From a virus (taxonomy: Duplodnaviria; Heunggongvirae; Uroviricota; Caudoviricetes), in the IMG/VR virus record IMGVR_UViG_2778261162_000005: a stretch of DNA of 36,774 nucleotides; one strand, given 5' to 3'. The notes under the pieces are model-generated. The model did no database searches and was not told the DNA's origin. It saw only the letters and a list, made by a program, of their open reading frames with translations. Within the stretch, counting starts at the first letter, position 1; the number at the start of each line of letters is the position of its first letter. Below, one piece after another: positions 15,475-25,389 of the stretch. A program made the translations under genes and the position numbers.

Positions 15475-16200
15475 ATGAACTGGCCTCAAATCACCCTCAT
15501 TATTCTGTTCGCCTTTGGTCTGGGCGTAACCGCCATCAGACACGGAGAACCACGTAACGATAAATACAGCTTCTGGTGGCAACTTACTGGCAACCTGGTG
15601 ATTGTCTGGCTGCTCTGGTGTGGCGGCTTCTTCAGTCAGGCCCGCGCAGCGCAGCCTCCGCAGGCTGCGCTGCAGTATCGCGATGATGTGATCCGTAATG
15701 CCCGGCTTGAATGGGGACTGTCTGCGCCGGTGGCTGATTTCGCTGCGCAACTGCATCAGGAAAGCGGCTGGCGACCTGATGCGATCTCGCCGGCTGGCGC
15801 TCAGGGACTGGCGCAGTTTATGCCTGCCACTGCCGACTGGATAAGCCAGTTGATGCCGGCGCTGAGCAGTCGAGAGCCGTTTAATCCGGCATGGGCTATC
15901 CGGGCGCTGGTCAGTTATGACCGCTGGCTGTGGCAGCGCGTCAGCGCCGCCAACGACTGCGAGCGTATGGCCATGACACTGTCGGGCTATAACGGTGGTC
16001 TGGGCTGGGTACAGCGGGACAGGCAACTTGCATCACAGAAAGGGCTGGACCGTACCCGCTGGTTCGGACATGTCGCCACGGTGAATGCCGGACGCAATGC
16101 TGCCAGCTGGCGGGAGAACCGTCATTATCCCCAGCGCATCCTGTTCACGCTGGCCCCGCGTTATCTCTCATGGGGAGGGGCAAGCTGTGTGGGTACGTAA
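15475..16200 (+). CDS. Lytic transglycosylase endolysin (SLT domain) with two N-terminal TM segments
   Basis: ESGWRPDAISPAGAQGLAQFMP is the SLT catalytic signature; about 55 aa of two hydrophobic helices precede it. Confidence 0.7.
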   Translation: MNWPQITLIILFAFGLGVTAIRHGEPRNDKYSFWWQLTGNLVIVWLLWCGGFFSQARAAQPPQAALQYRDDVIRNARLEWGLSAPVADFAAQLHQESGWRPDAISPAGAQGLAQFMPATADWISQLMPALSSREPFNPAWAIRALVSYDRWLWQRVSAANDCERMAMTLSGYNGGLGWVQRDRQLASQKGLDRTRWFGHVATVNAGRNAASWRENRHYPQRILFTLAPRYLSWGGASCVGT

Positions 16201-16840
16201 GTTACGGTCGCTGCCGTGGCGGGTCATTATGCTGGCCATTCTCCTGAACACCTTCCTGCTGGCGATCTGGTGGCTGGGATACAGCACAGGCCACGACCGG
16301 GCCTCCGCTGACGGTCAGGCGGCGCTCAGCCGCCTGCAGGCGGATTTTGACGGATACCGGGCAGAACAGGCCCGGCGTGAGGTGGCGGCGTTGCGCGCAT
16401 GGTCTGAGCGTTATCAGGAGCAGGTAGCCGCCGGGCAACGGGCTGAAGCTGGTTATCTTGAGCAGATTGCTCAACTGGAGGACCAGAACAAACAACTACA
16501 GGGGCAAATTAACGATGTCACACAGCGCTGGATTGATGAAAAAGGTAAGAGCCATCCCATTGAGTGCGTGTTTACTCGCGGTTTCGTGCGCCAGTACAAC
16601 GCCGCACTCGGATACGACAACGCATCCGTCGACACCGGTCATTCAGACTCAGTTGCCGCCGCTGGCACCGGCACTGGCGCAGCGACCGGGCAACCTGAAA
16701 CCGCTGACGCCCGGTTACGCAATTCGGGTGTCTCCCAGCTTGACGTCCTTGCCAACATCATCGACAACGCAGGGCAATGTCGTCGCTGGCGAAACCAGAT
16801 AAACGCGCTACTGGATGAACGGGAAGGATTACAGAAATGA
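16187..16840 (+). CDS. i-spanin (Rz-like)
   Basis: GTG 16187 with GGGGAGGGG upstream; basic N-terminus, one TM (IMLAILLNTFLLAIWWLGY), then coiled-coil-like periplasmic domain. Confidence 0.6.
   Translation: MWVRKLRSLPWRVIMLAILLNTFLLAIWWLGYSTGHDRASADGQAALSRLQADFDGYRAEQARREVAALRAWSERYQEQVAAGQRAEAGYLEQIAQLEDQNKQLQGQINDVTQRWIDEKGKSHPIECVFTRGFVRQYNAALGYDNASVDTGHSDSVAAAGTGTGAATGQPETADARLRNSGVSQLDVLANIIDNAGQCRRWRNQINALLDEREGLQK
16536..16802 (+). CDS. o-spanin (Rz1-like lipoprotein) embedded in +1 frame within Rz
   Basis: MKKVRAIPLSACLLAVSC... signal with lipobox-like Cys, then proline-rich body; fully nested inside the Rz-like gene. Confidence 0.5.
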   Translation: MKKVRAIPLSACLLAVSCASTTPHSDTTTHPSTPVIQTQLPPLAPALAQRPGNLKPLTPGYAIRVSPSLTSLPTSSTTQGNVVAGETR

Positions 16841-17163
16841 CACTGCAGGTTGAATTCTGGACGGTGGTGAGTTTTTTGCTCACCTTCATGGGGTTTGTGG
16901 GAGGGCTCGCCAAATGGTTGTTCAGTAAAACAGAAGAACGCCAGGCGGCACGATTCGCCTCCCTTGAGCAGGCCCTGCAACAGTCCGCCTCCAACTGGGG
17001 CGAACTGGAAAAAGAATTTATGCGATTTAAAGCGGATTTACCGCTGAATTATGTCCGTCGCGAGGATTATATCCGTGGCCAGACAGTCATCGAGGCCAAA
17101 CTGGACGCGCTCTACAACAAACTGGAAGTGGTACAGCAGTACCGCAATACCGGAGGTCAATAA
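16837..17163 (+). CDS. Hypothetical membrane-anchored protein (108 aa)
   Basis: GGAAGG RBS, ATGA overlap with Rz stop; one N-terminal TM. Confidence 0.45.
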   Translation: MTLQVEFWTVVSFLLTFMGFVGGLAKWLFSKTEERQAARFASLEQALQQSASNWGELEKEFMRFKADLPLNYVRREDYIRGQTVIEAKLDALYNKLEVVQQYRNTGGQ

Positions 17164-17474
17164 TGGTCGATATTACCCGGGTACGCCGTGAATCCCTGCG
17201 CTGGAGTCTGCTGGTTGCCCTGAACAAAACCCGCCCTTATACCGCCAGCGAGACGCTGCTGCTGGAAGTGTCCCGCGCCATCTACCCGGACACCACGCAA
17301 CTGGAGCTGCGCCGTGAGCTTGATTACCTGGCAGATCGCAAGATGGTGGAACTGGAGAAGAGGCCTTCCGGTGACTGGTTTGCCGATCTGAGTCGCCTTG
17401 GTGTGGATATTGTGGAATACACCGTGGAATGCGGCCCCGGTATTGCCCGCCCGGAAAAATACTGGAGTGAGTGA
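17163..17474 (+). CDS. Hypothetical protein (103 aa)
   Basis: GGAGG RBS; precedes the terminase genes. Confidence 0.45.
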   Translation: MVDITRVRRESLRWSLLVALNKTRPYTASETLLLEVSRAIYPDTTQLELRRELDYLADRKMVELEKRPSGDWFADLSRLGVDIVEYTVECGPGIARPEKYWSE

Positions 17475-17476
17475 TT

Positions 17477-18019
17477 ATGGGACGTCGCAGCAGCATTGAT
17501 TCTCTGCCGAAGGAGGTCCGTCGCTGGCTTGAGCGGGCACTGACGGAGAATAATTTCACCGGCTATGCAGAGCTTGAAAGTCTGTTGAAGGAAAAGGGGT
17601 ACAGCATCACCCGCTCTTCCCTGCAGCGGTTTGGCTACAAAATGGAGCAGCAACTGGCCCGGGTGCGGGCGGCAACCGAGGCAGCGCGTCTGCTTGCCCG
17701 GGAGGCCGGAGACGATCCTGATGACCGTTCAGCCGGGCTGATAACCCTCGTCCAGACCGAAATGACGGATATCCTGATGCGCCTGCAGGAGTCGCGGGAA
17801 AACGACGATCCCTTCGCCCGGGCAAAACTGCTGGCAACGGCTTCAAAAAATATCGCCACACTGACCCGCGCCTCGGTCAACCTCAAGCGCTATCAGGCAG
17901 AAGTCAGAGAGAGGGTTGAACGTGCTGCCGCTGCCGCCGAGAAAATTGCCCGTAAGGGCGGGCTCTCTGCGGAAGCCGTACAGGCACTGCGCCGGGAAAT
18001 TCTGGGGGTGGTATCATGA
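17477..18019 (+). CDS. Terminase small subunit, Mu gp27-like (DUF3486-like)
   Basis: ATG 17477 after upstream stop; position directly 5' of the large terminase; family assignment recalled. Confidence 0.55.
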   Translation: MGRRSSIDSLPKEVRRWLERALTENNFTGYAELESLLKEKGYSITRSSLQRFGYKMEQQLARVRAATEAARLLAREAGDDPDDRSAGLITLVQTEMTDILMRLQESRENDDPFARAKLLATASKNIATLTRASVNLKRYQAEVRERVERAAAAAEKIARKGGLSAEAVQALRREILGVVS

Positions 18020-19539
18020 CGGAGCTGCCGCCGCACATTCCTGACACCGCGAGTTATAAGGCCCCTCCCGTTCTGTTGCCCTACCAGCAGCGCTGGGTGG
18101 CAGATGCCTCTCCGCTTAAGGTGATAGAAAAGAGCCGTCGTACCGGTATTACATGGGCTGAGGCATCCGATAACGTACTGACCGCCGCCTCTTCTGCGCC
18201 AGCAGGCGGGATGAATGTGTATTACATCGCTTATAACCAGGACATGACCGTCGAATACATTCAGGCGTGTGCGATGTGGGCACGGGCATTCAACTATGCG
18301 GCCAGTGAAATTGAAGAAGGATTCTGGGAAGAGGACGACGACGACAAACACATCAGGACTTACACCATCAAATTTCCTGACTCCGGCTTTCGTATTGTTG
18401 CGCTCTCCAGCCGCCCGTCTAACCTGCGTGGCCGTCAGGGTATTATTGTTATCGACGAAGCGGCGTTCCATGAGCAACTGGACGAACTGCTGAAAGCGGC
18501 GCTGGCGATGCTTATCTGGGGGGGAAAGGTACGCGTTATCTCCACCCATGACGGTGACGACAATCCGTTCAATACGCTTATCGGGGATATCCGTGCCGGA
18601 CGTCAGGGAGGCAGCGTACATCGCATCACTTTCCGGGAAGCCGTATCTGAGGGGCTGTTCCGGCGCGTTTGTCTGCGCACCGGGAAGGAATGGTCGGAGG
18701 CATCCGAGCAGGCCTGGATGGCGTCAGTGTACAAATTCTACGGTGCCGGTGCATCCGAAGAGCTTGACTGTATTCCGGCCAACGGTGGCGGTGCCTGGCT
18801 GTCCCGAGCCCTGATAGAGTCCCGCATGTCCGCTGATACGCCGGTATTGCGTCTGACCTGCAAGGAAGGTTATGAGCTGCTGTCTGATGAGGTTCGCTTC
18901 CGCGAGACGCAGGACTGGCTTGATGAGCATCTGAAACCCTTGCTGGAGGCGCTCCCCGCTGGTGCCCGCTCTTTTCTGGGGCGCGACTTTGGCCGTAGCG
19001 GTGATTTGTCGGTGGACTATCCCCTGCTGCAGGAGAAGAACCTGATACGACGCGTGCCATTCGTACTGGAGTTGCGTAACGTGCCGTTCAGGCAGCAGGA
19101 GCAAATCACCTGGTATCTGATGGATGGCCTGCCCGGTCTGCTGGGTGCTGCGTTTGATGCCCGTGGTAATGGTGCCTATCTGGCTGAATACGCCATGCAG
19201 CGCTACGGCTCCAGCCGGGTTCAGCAGGTGATGCCAACCGAAGGCTGGTACCGGGAGCATATGCCTCCGGTCAAAGCTGCACTGGAAGACGGTAACCTGG
19301 TGGACTTACCAAAGGATGAAGACACACTGGATGACCTGCGGGCCGTTCAGGTGGTGAACGGTGTCCCCCGCGTGCCGGAGCAACGCTCAAAAGCAAAGGC
19401 TGATGGTGGTAAACGCCACGGGGATTCAGCCATCGCACTGGCGCTGGCGTATTTCGCCAGCCGTGAAATTAACAAAGGGCCGGTGAAGGCAAGCTCACGC
19501 CGTCGTCGTCAGGCGGCCCGTATGCTGGAGGGATTCTGA
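18016..19539 (+). CDS. Terminase large subunit, Mu gp28-like
   Basis: 507 aa; ATPase region with acidic IVIDEAAF Walker B-like motif; start overlaps upstream stop. Confidence 0.75.
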   Translation: MTELPPHIPDTASYKAPPVLLPYQQRWVADASPLKVIEKSRRTGITWAEASDNVLTAASSAPAGGMNVYYIAYNQDMTVEYIQACAMWARAFNYAASEIEEGFWEEDDDDKHIRTYTIKFPDSGFRIVALSSRPSNLRGRQGIIVIDEAAFHEQLDELLKAALAMLIWGGKVRVISTHDGDDNPFNTLIGDIRAGRQGGSVHRITFREAVSEGLFRRVCLRTGKEWSEASEQAWMASVYKFYGAGASEELDCIPANGGGAWLSRALIESRMSADTPVLRLTCKEGYELLSDEVRFRETQDWLDEHLKPLLEALPAGARSFLGRDFGRSGDLSVDYPLLQEKNLIRRVPFVLELRNVPFRQQEQITWYLMDGLPGLLGAAFDARGNGAYLAEYAMQRYGSSRVQQVMPTEGWYREHMPPVKAALEDGNLVDLPKDEDTLDDLRAVQVVNGVPRVPEQRSKAKADGGKRHGDSAIALALAYFASREINKGPVKASSRRRRQAARMLEGF

Positions 19540-21032
19540 TGGCGAGGGGTATCTGGGTTTCACCCGATGAATTTGTTGCTTTTTCTGAGCCTCAGAAATC
19601 ACTGACCGCGCAGATTGCCTCCCGCAGCCGCGCGATCGACTTTTACGGACTGGGCATGTATCTGCCCAATCCTGATCCCATTCTCAAGGCTCAGGGACGG
19701 GATATCCGTATCTACCGCGAACTGCGCACCGACCCGCTGGTCGGGGGCTGTATCCGCAGACGTAAAGCAGCGCTCAAATCGCTGGAGCGTGGACTGGAGC
19801 GCGGTCACGCTTCTGCCCGGGTCTTCCGTTTCATCCGCGACATGCTCGACGATCTGGATCTGTCCCGCATCATCGGTGAGATGAGCGATGCCGTGCTCTA
19901 CGGGTATCAGCCCTGTGAAATCATGTGGGGCCGTTCGGTCAGGGCGTGGGCGGTGACGGATATTGTCGGCAAACCGCCTGAGTGGTTTCAGTTTGATACG
20001 GACAACTGCCTGCGCTTCCGGGCGCGTGATGCGGGTGTGGAGGGTGAGCTGCTGTCACCGTCAAAATTCGTGGTGCCGGCACAGGATGCCTCGTATGACA
20101 ATCCTTACGGTTTCCCTGACCTGTCCATGTGCTTCTGGCCGGTCGCCTTCAAGAAAGGCGGGATGAAATTCTGGCTCCGCTTTGCCGAAAAGTTTGGCTC
20201 CCCGTGGGTGATCGGTAAGCACCCGAGGGGTGCAAATGATGCAGAGATTGAAAAACTGCTGGACTCCATGGAGCAGATGGTGGAGGACGCGGTGGCCGCC
20301 ATCCCCGATGACAGCAGCATCGAACTCAAAGCCGCGGATGGTAAGGCGGACAGCAGCGAGGTATTCCGCGAGCTGATCACACTGTCACGCAGTGAGATCT
20401 CCATTGCATTACTTGGTCAGAATCAGACCACGGAAGCGAACAGTAACAAGGCCTCTGCACAGGCCGGGCTGGAGGTAACGGCTGATATCCGCGATGCGGA
20501 TGCGGACATCATTCAGGCAGCAGTGAATCAGGTTATCAGAACGGTGGTCACCCTGAACTTCGGCGATGTGCCGTGTCCGGTCTGGGCCATGTGGGAACAG
20601 GAGACCATTGATGACACCCGCGCCACCCGCGACGAAAAACTCACCCGCGCGGGACTGCGCCTGACCCCGCAGTACTTCATGCGGGAGTACCAGCTGCAGG
20701 AGGGGGATATTGACCTCTCTGATGCACCGGTTGCGGACGGGGCAGTGCCTGCGGAATTTGCCGAGGCGATAAGCGCCGATCATGATGCACAACAGCAGCT
20801 TGACGACGCGCTGGACATTCTGATGAACGGAGGTGTGTTAAATGGCACGCTGGAACCCGTCCTGGCACCTCTGTTTAAGCGGGTCGAAAATGGGGTTAAC
20901 CCGTCTGAGCTGCTGGGCGAACTGGCGGAGCTCTACCCTCAGATGAACACGGACGATCTGCAGGAACGGTTGGCCCGCATTCTCTTTGTGGCAAATATCT
21001 GGGGGCGTCTGCATGAGCGTGACAACGGCTGA
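19539..21032 (+). CDS. Portal protein, Mu gp29-like (DUF935)
   Basis: 497 aa directly after the terminase; order and size typical of Mu-type portals. Confidence 0.7.
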   Translation: MARGIWVSPDEFVAFSEPQKSLTAQIASRSRAIDFYGLGMYLPNPDPILKAQGRDIRIYRELRTDPLVGGCIRRRKAALKSLERGLERGHASARVFRFIRDMLDDLDLSRIIGEMSDAVLYGYQPCEIMWGRSVRAWAVTDIVGKPPEWFQFDTDNCLRFRARDAGVEGELLSPSKFVVPAQDASYDNPYGFPDLSMCFWPVAFKKGGMKFWLRFAEKFGSPWVIGKHPRGANDAEIEKLLDSMEQMVEDAVAAIPDDSSIELKAADGKADSSEVFRELITLSRSEISIALLGQNQTTEANSNKASAQAGLEVTADIRDADADIIQAAVNQVIRTVVTLNFGDVPCPVWAMWEQETIDDTRATRDEKLTRAGLRLTPQYFMREYQLQEGDIDLSDAPVADGAVPAEFAEAISADHDAQQQLDDALDILMNGGVLNGTLEPVLAPLFKRVENGVNPSELLGELAELYPQMNTDDLQERLARILFVANIWGRLHERDNG

Positions 21033-21834
21033 ACTGGCGTACTGCATGACGCTTCCCCCGAAGCGGGCAATCAGCTACCTGAAGTCCAAAGGGTATCAGA
21101 TTACCTGGGACTGGGAAGAAATGTGGCAGGAAGCCCATGCCCGCGCCTTTACCGTCGCTAAAGTGACCCGCCTGGATATCCTGGAAGATATTCGTGGGGC
21201 ACTGCAGCAGGCTGTCGATGAAGGAAAAACCGATCGCTGGTTCCGACAGGAGCTGGAGCCGGCGCTGAAGCGCAAGGGATGGTGGGGACCGCGTGACACG
21301 ACTGACCCGGTAACGGGTGAGCCGGTCACCATTCAGCAGGGCAGTCCGTGGCGGCTCGATACCATCTTTCGCACCAATATGTCCGTACTCTACAGCGCCG
21401 GTCGTTGGGCGGAACAGATGGAAAACGTCGACGACAGGCCGTACTGGATGTATACCGGCATCAACGACAGCCATACCCGCAGGAGCCATCTGGCGCTGCA
21501 TGGTCTGGTGCTGCGCTGGGATGACCCGTTCTGGCAGGCATTTTACCCGCCGAACGGCTGGCGCTGCCGCTGTAGTGTGATTGCCCTGAGTGCGGCGGAT
21601 GTCCGTGCCCGTGGCCTGAAGGTTATCAGCTCCGGCTCTGCCATGGGCCGGGAACTGAAACTGGTCTCAGAGAAAACCGGCGAAATGCGGAACGTGGCCA
21701 CCTTTAATACCGGCACCACGAAGGTGACCACCGACGTCGGCTGGTCTTATGCTCCGGGGGCAGCATACCGTCCCGACCTGGCCCGCTATCAGGGTACGCT
21801 TCAGCCACTGGCACAACAGGAACTGAGAGGATAA
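21013..21834 (+). CDS. Head morphogenesis protein, Mu F-like (gp30)
   Basis: Follows the portal; RRSHLALHGLV and WRCRCS region is typical of F-like minor head proteins (recalled). Confidence 0.65.
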   Translation: MSVTTAELAYCMTLPPKRAISYLKSKGYQITWDWEEMWQEAHARAFTVAKVTRLDILEDIRGALQQAVDEGKTDRWFRQELEPALKRKGWWGPRDTTDPVTGEPVTIQQGSPWRLDTIFRTNMSVLYSAGRWAEQMENVDDRPYWMYTGINDSHTRRSHLALHGLVLRWDDPFWQAFYPPNGWRCRCSVIALSAADVRARGLKVISSGSAMGRELKLVSEKTGEMRNVATFNTGTTKVTTDVGWSYAPGAAYRPDLARYQGTLQPLAQQELRG

Positions 21835-21836
21835 CA

Positions 21837-22295
21837 ATGGCTTCCGATAACCTGGTCAGTATCACCATTAACGATAAATCCCTGCGCCGGAGCCTCCGTG
21901 CGCTGGATCTTGCTGCCACAGACCTGGAGCCCGCGATGCGCAAAATCGCCGGAACCCTGCTGGCGGAAACACAGTTTAACTTTCTTGATGAGGGGCGTCC
22001 GGGGTGGATGCCCTCGCTGGCAGCGGAAGAACGTGACGGGCAGACACTGCAGGATACCGGGCGTCTGATGGGGTCAGTATCAACCGACCATGACGACCGG
22101 CAGGCTGTTGTGGGGACCAACGTTGTTTACGGTGCCATTCACCAGTTCGGGGGTAAAACGGGGCGTAATGAGTCTGTTGAACTTCCGGCCCGCCCGTTCC
22201 TGCCGGTGACGGGGGATGGAGAACTACAGCCTGAAGTGGTAATCCCCATCCTAGATACCATTGTCCGCCATCTTGAATCAGCGGCCCGTCGCTGA
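21837..22295 (+). CDS. Virion morphogenesis protein, Mu G-like (gp31)
   Basis: 152 aa after the F-like gene; GAGAGG RBS. Confidence 0.55.
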   Translation: MASDNLVSITINDKSLRRSLRALDLAATDLEPAMRKIAGTLLAETQFNFLDEGRPGWMPSLAAEERDGQTLQDTGRLMGSVSTDHDDRQAVVGTNVVYGAIHQFGGKTGRNESVELPARPFLPVTGDGELQPEVVIPILDTIVRHLESAARR

Positions 22296-22509
22296 GTTTT
22301 CTCTCTTCAGGCGGGTGATTTATCATTGCCAGCGAATGAGGGGCTGTATTACCTTTATAAAGGCTTTACAGCCTCTGTTTTATAACCGCCTCCGGTTCAC
22401 CGCATTGCTTTCCCTGTCCTTCTCCCCTGATGTTTTCTAAAGCAGATTAAAATCGCCGGGCCTGCATTTCTCACAAACTGTCTCCGACAACATAACGCGG
22501 GACAGCAAA

Positions 22510-23625
22510 ATGTCAGCCATTCACATTTTTAAAGCCGGTACTCATACCGATATGCACGGCAAAAAACTGCCGTTCACGCCAGACGATCTTGCCGCCTGCG
22601 TGAAAGCCTATGACCCGTCCGTCCATGAAGCACCACTCGTGATTGGTCATCCCAGAACGGAAGACCCGGCGTGGGGCTGGGTGAAAGCCCTGTCGCTCAG
22701 CGGCGTCGATCTGATGGCAGAGCCTGCCCAGCTGGACCCGCAGTTTGCTGAGATGGTCACCGACGGACGATTCAAAAAAGTGTCCGCCTCTTTCTACCTC
22801 CCGGATTCACCGTCCAATCCGAAGCCCGGCGTGCTCTACCTTCGCCATGTGGGCTTTCTCGGTGCACAGCCACCTTCCGTCAAGGGGCTGAAACAGGTGT
22901 CCTTCAGTGAGCAGGAAGAAGGTGTGGTGGAGTTCGCCGACTGGCAGGCCATCACGAATGCCTCCCTGTGGGGAAAGCTGCGCGATTTTCTGATCGCCCG
23001 CTTCAGTCTGGACGAAGCAGAAAAAGTCCTGCCGGAATGGCAGCTCAACAATCTGCGCGAAGAGGCGTACCGCGACACACCGTCGCAGGATGCAGCAGGT
23101 GCACAATTCAGTGAGACAGGCCAGGTGCCGTCTTCCGCAAGTAACGAGGAATCATCGATGACAAAAGAAGAGATTGAAGCCCTTCAGGAGGAGAACCGCC
23201 GCCTGAAGCAGCAGGCTGCTGATCGCGATGCGCGTGATGCACAGGCCAGACAGGAGCAACTGCATAAGGACAATGTGGCCTTTGCAGAAAAACTGGTCGC
23301 AGAGGGGCGTCTGGCTCCCCGCGCCTCCTCCGTGGTGGTTGCCCTGCTGGATGCCGTCGCCGGTGGCGACAAGCCGGTGGAGTTTGCTGAGGGGGAAAGC
23401 CGCACGCCGCTGGCCACCGCCTTCCGTTCATTGCTCTCCGACGGGGAGCCGGTGATGAATTTCGCCGAACAGGCCACAAAGGAGCGTGTCGGCGACACGG
23501 TGAAGGTGGATGTGGCGGAGTTTGCGGAAGCCGATCCTGAGCGTCTGGCCCTGCATCAGAAAGCAGTGGCCCTGTCCAAAAAAGAAGGCATCAGCTATGA
23601 GGCTGCTGTCGCACGCTGCCTGTAA
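22510..23625 (+). CDS. Head protease/scaffold, Mu I-like (gp32)
   Basis: 371 aa immediately upstream of the major capsid gene; N-terminal protease-like region, acidic and coiled C-terminus. Confidence 0.6.
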   Translation: MSAIHIFKAGTHTDMHGKKLPFTPDDLAACVKAYDPSVHEAPLVIGHPRTEDPAWGWVKALSLSGVDLMAEPAQLDPQFAEMVTDGRFKKVSASFYLPDSPSNPKPGVLYLRHVGFLGAQPPSVKGLKQVSFSEQEEGVVEFADWQAITNASLWGKLRDFLIARFSLDEAEKVLPEWQLNNLREEAYRDTPSQDAAGAQFSETGQVPSSASNEESSMTKEEIEALQEENRRLKQQAADRDARDAQARQEQLHKDNVAFAEKLVAEGRLAPRASSVVVALLDAVAGGDKPVEFAEGESRTPLATAFRSLLSDGEPVMNFAEQATKERVGDTVKVDVAEFAEADPERLALHQKAVALSKKEGISYEAAVARCL

Positions 23626-23639
23626 TTTAAGGAGAAATC

Positions 23640-24593
23640 ATGTCTGATTACTTAAAAGGTAAACGTGTCGTTGATCCGGTACTGACCAGTATCGCCCGAG
23701 GCTATAAAAATGCCGCATTCATTGGCGAACGTATTTTCCCCGTCGTGCTGACGGACAAGGAAGGCGTGCGTGTGCCGACCTTCGGGAAAACCGCCTTTGT
23801 GGAATATGACACTGAGCGTGCCGTCGGGGCGGACAGCAATGTTCTGGTCCGTGAGAAAACCGGCACGCTTGATCTGGTGCTGGGTGAGCACGATCTGGCT
23901 GCGCCGGTGGACTATCGCGAGCAGGCGGAGTCCATGTTTAACGAGGAGAGCAAGGCCATCCGTCGCGCCACGAATGGCGTGAATCTGCGCCGTGAACTTA
24001 TCGCCGCCCGTCTGGCTCAGGATGAAAAGGTCTACCGTACCGGGCACGTTAAAAAACTGACAGCCAGTGATCGCTGGGCCGGTGGTAAGGGGGACCCCAT
24101 CGGGGTGATTGAAGCCGGTATGGAAGCGGTCCGTACGGCCACGGGGCTGCGTCCTAACCTGATGACCATGGGTGCCAGCGTGATGGCGCTGCTGAAGTTC
24201 CACCCGGCGATTCAGGCTGCCATCGGAGCCAACGAACGCAAGCGCATCACTACGGAGATCCTGCAGGACCTCTTTCAGATCGAAGAGATCGTCATCGGTG
24301 CCCCTGTCTCCCTGCCATCCATGAAAGCGGCAATGGATAGGGACAGCGTGCCGGCGGATATCTGGGGAGACAACCTGATGCTGCACTACGTCGGCAAGCC
24401 GCAGCCGGGGGCGGACAGCGCGGACGAGAACGAGCCGTCCTTCGGCTACACCCTGCGCCGTAAGGGGATGCCTGTTGCAGACAAATACGACGGTGCCGGT
24501 GGCAAGGTGAAGTACTGCCGTTATACCGATATCTACAAAGTCGCCGTGGTTGGTGGCGATGCCGGGTATCTCATCACCGGTATCAGTAAATAA
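23640..24593 (+). CDS. Major capsid protein, Mu T-like
   Basis: 317 aa with strong AAGGAGA RBS; position after protease/scaffold. Confidence 0.7.
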   Translation: MSDYLKGKRVVDPVLTSIARGYKNAAFIGERIFPVVLTDKEGVRVPTFGKTAFVEYDTERAVGADSNVLVREKTGTLDLVLGEHDLAAPVDYREQAESMFNEESKAIRRATNGVNLRRELIAARLAQDEKVYRTGHVKKLTASDRWAGGKGDPIGVIEAGMEAVRTATGLRPNLMTMGASVMALLKFHPAIQAAIGANERKRITTEILQDLFQIEEIVIGAPVSLPSMKAAMDRDSVPADIWGDNLMLHYVGKPQPGADSADENEPSFGYTLRRKGMPVADKYDGAGGKVKYCRYTDIYKVAVVGGDAGYLITGISK

Positions 24594-24602
24594 GGAGGCG
24601 TT

Positions 24603-24941
24603 ATGGGAACCACTCAGCAGGTCATTCTGATTACAACCGTAACGGCAGGGGCAGAACTGGCACAGCAGCGTTTTGTCGGGGCAGATAATACCCCCTGTAA
24701 AGCCGGTGCCGCAGCGCTCGGGGTTGCCGAAGTGGATGCTGTTACCGGCGACAGCACGCCGGTGAGCGTTCTGGGCATTATTGCTGTTGAGGCCGGTGCT
24801 GCGGTCAGCCGTGGTGTGGCTGTTCAGTCAGATGCTCAGGCCAGAGCCGTGCCGCAGTCCGGCGACGGTAAATCCTGTGGTATTGCACTTGATGAAGCCG
24901 GGGGTGAAGGCGACGTCATTCGTATCCTGCGCGGGGTGTGA
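24603..24941 (+). CDS. Small Gly/Ala/Val-rich head protein (DUF2190-like)
   Basis: 112 aa, AAGGAGG RBS; composition typical of small capsid-associated proteins. Confidence 0.45.
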   Translation: MGTTQQVILITTVTAGAELAQQRFVGADNTPCKAGAAALGVAEVDAVTGDSTPVSVLGIIAVEAGAAVSRGVAVQSDAQARAVPQSGDGKSCGIALDEAGGEGDVIRILRGV

Positions 24942-24942
24942 C

Positions 24943-25389
24943 ATGTACTGCACCCTGGAGGATTTGCTTGAGCAGGTGCCGGAACGAACGCTGATCGAGC
25001 TCACCAGTGAAGAGATGGACTTCGACTCGCCTGCGACAGTGAATACCCGTGTGGTGGAGAGCTGTATCCGCTATGCCGACGAGCTGATTGATGCCCATCT
25101 GCGCGGACGCTATATCCTGCCGCTGGCGGAGATACCGACCGTTCTGCGGGACATTGCCATCACGCTGGTCCGTTACCGGCTCTACGCCCGCCGCCCGGAA
25201 GGTGACCTCCCGGATACGGTGAAGGATGACCACAAAGAAGCGCTGCGGCAACTGAAGGAGTTACGTGATAACAGGCTTACGCTGGGGCTGCCGTCCACTC
25301 AGAAAGATATGCCTGAGCCAGGAGAGTTTCGTGTACGCAGCCGCCCGGCCACTTTCGGCGGTCGTGACGGCTTACTGGAGAAATACTGA
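24943..25389 (+). CDS. Head-tail connector-region protein, Mu gp36-like
   Basis: ATG 24943 (MYCTLEDLLEQVPERTLIELT...); position; family recalled as DUF1320. Confidence 0.45.
   Translation: MYCTLEDLLEQVPERTLIELTSEEMDFDSPATVNTRVVESCIRYADELIDAHLRGRYILPLAEIPTVLRDIAITLVRYRLYARRPEGDLPDTVKDDHKEALRQLKELRDNRLTLGLPSTQKDMPEPGEFRVRSRPATFGGRDGLLEKY

Noticed and set aside
23652-24386. 244-aa minus-strand ORF
   Set aside because: Antisense to the major capsid gene; no RBS; His/Arg-rich.
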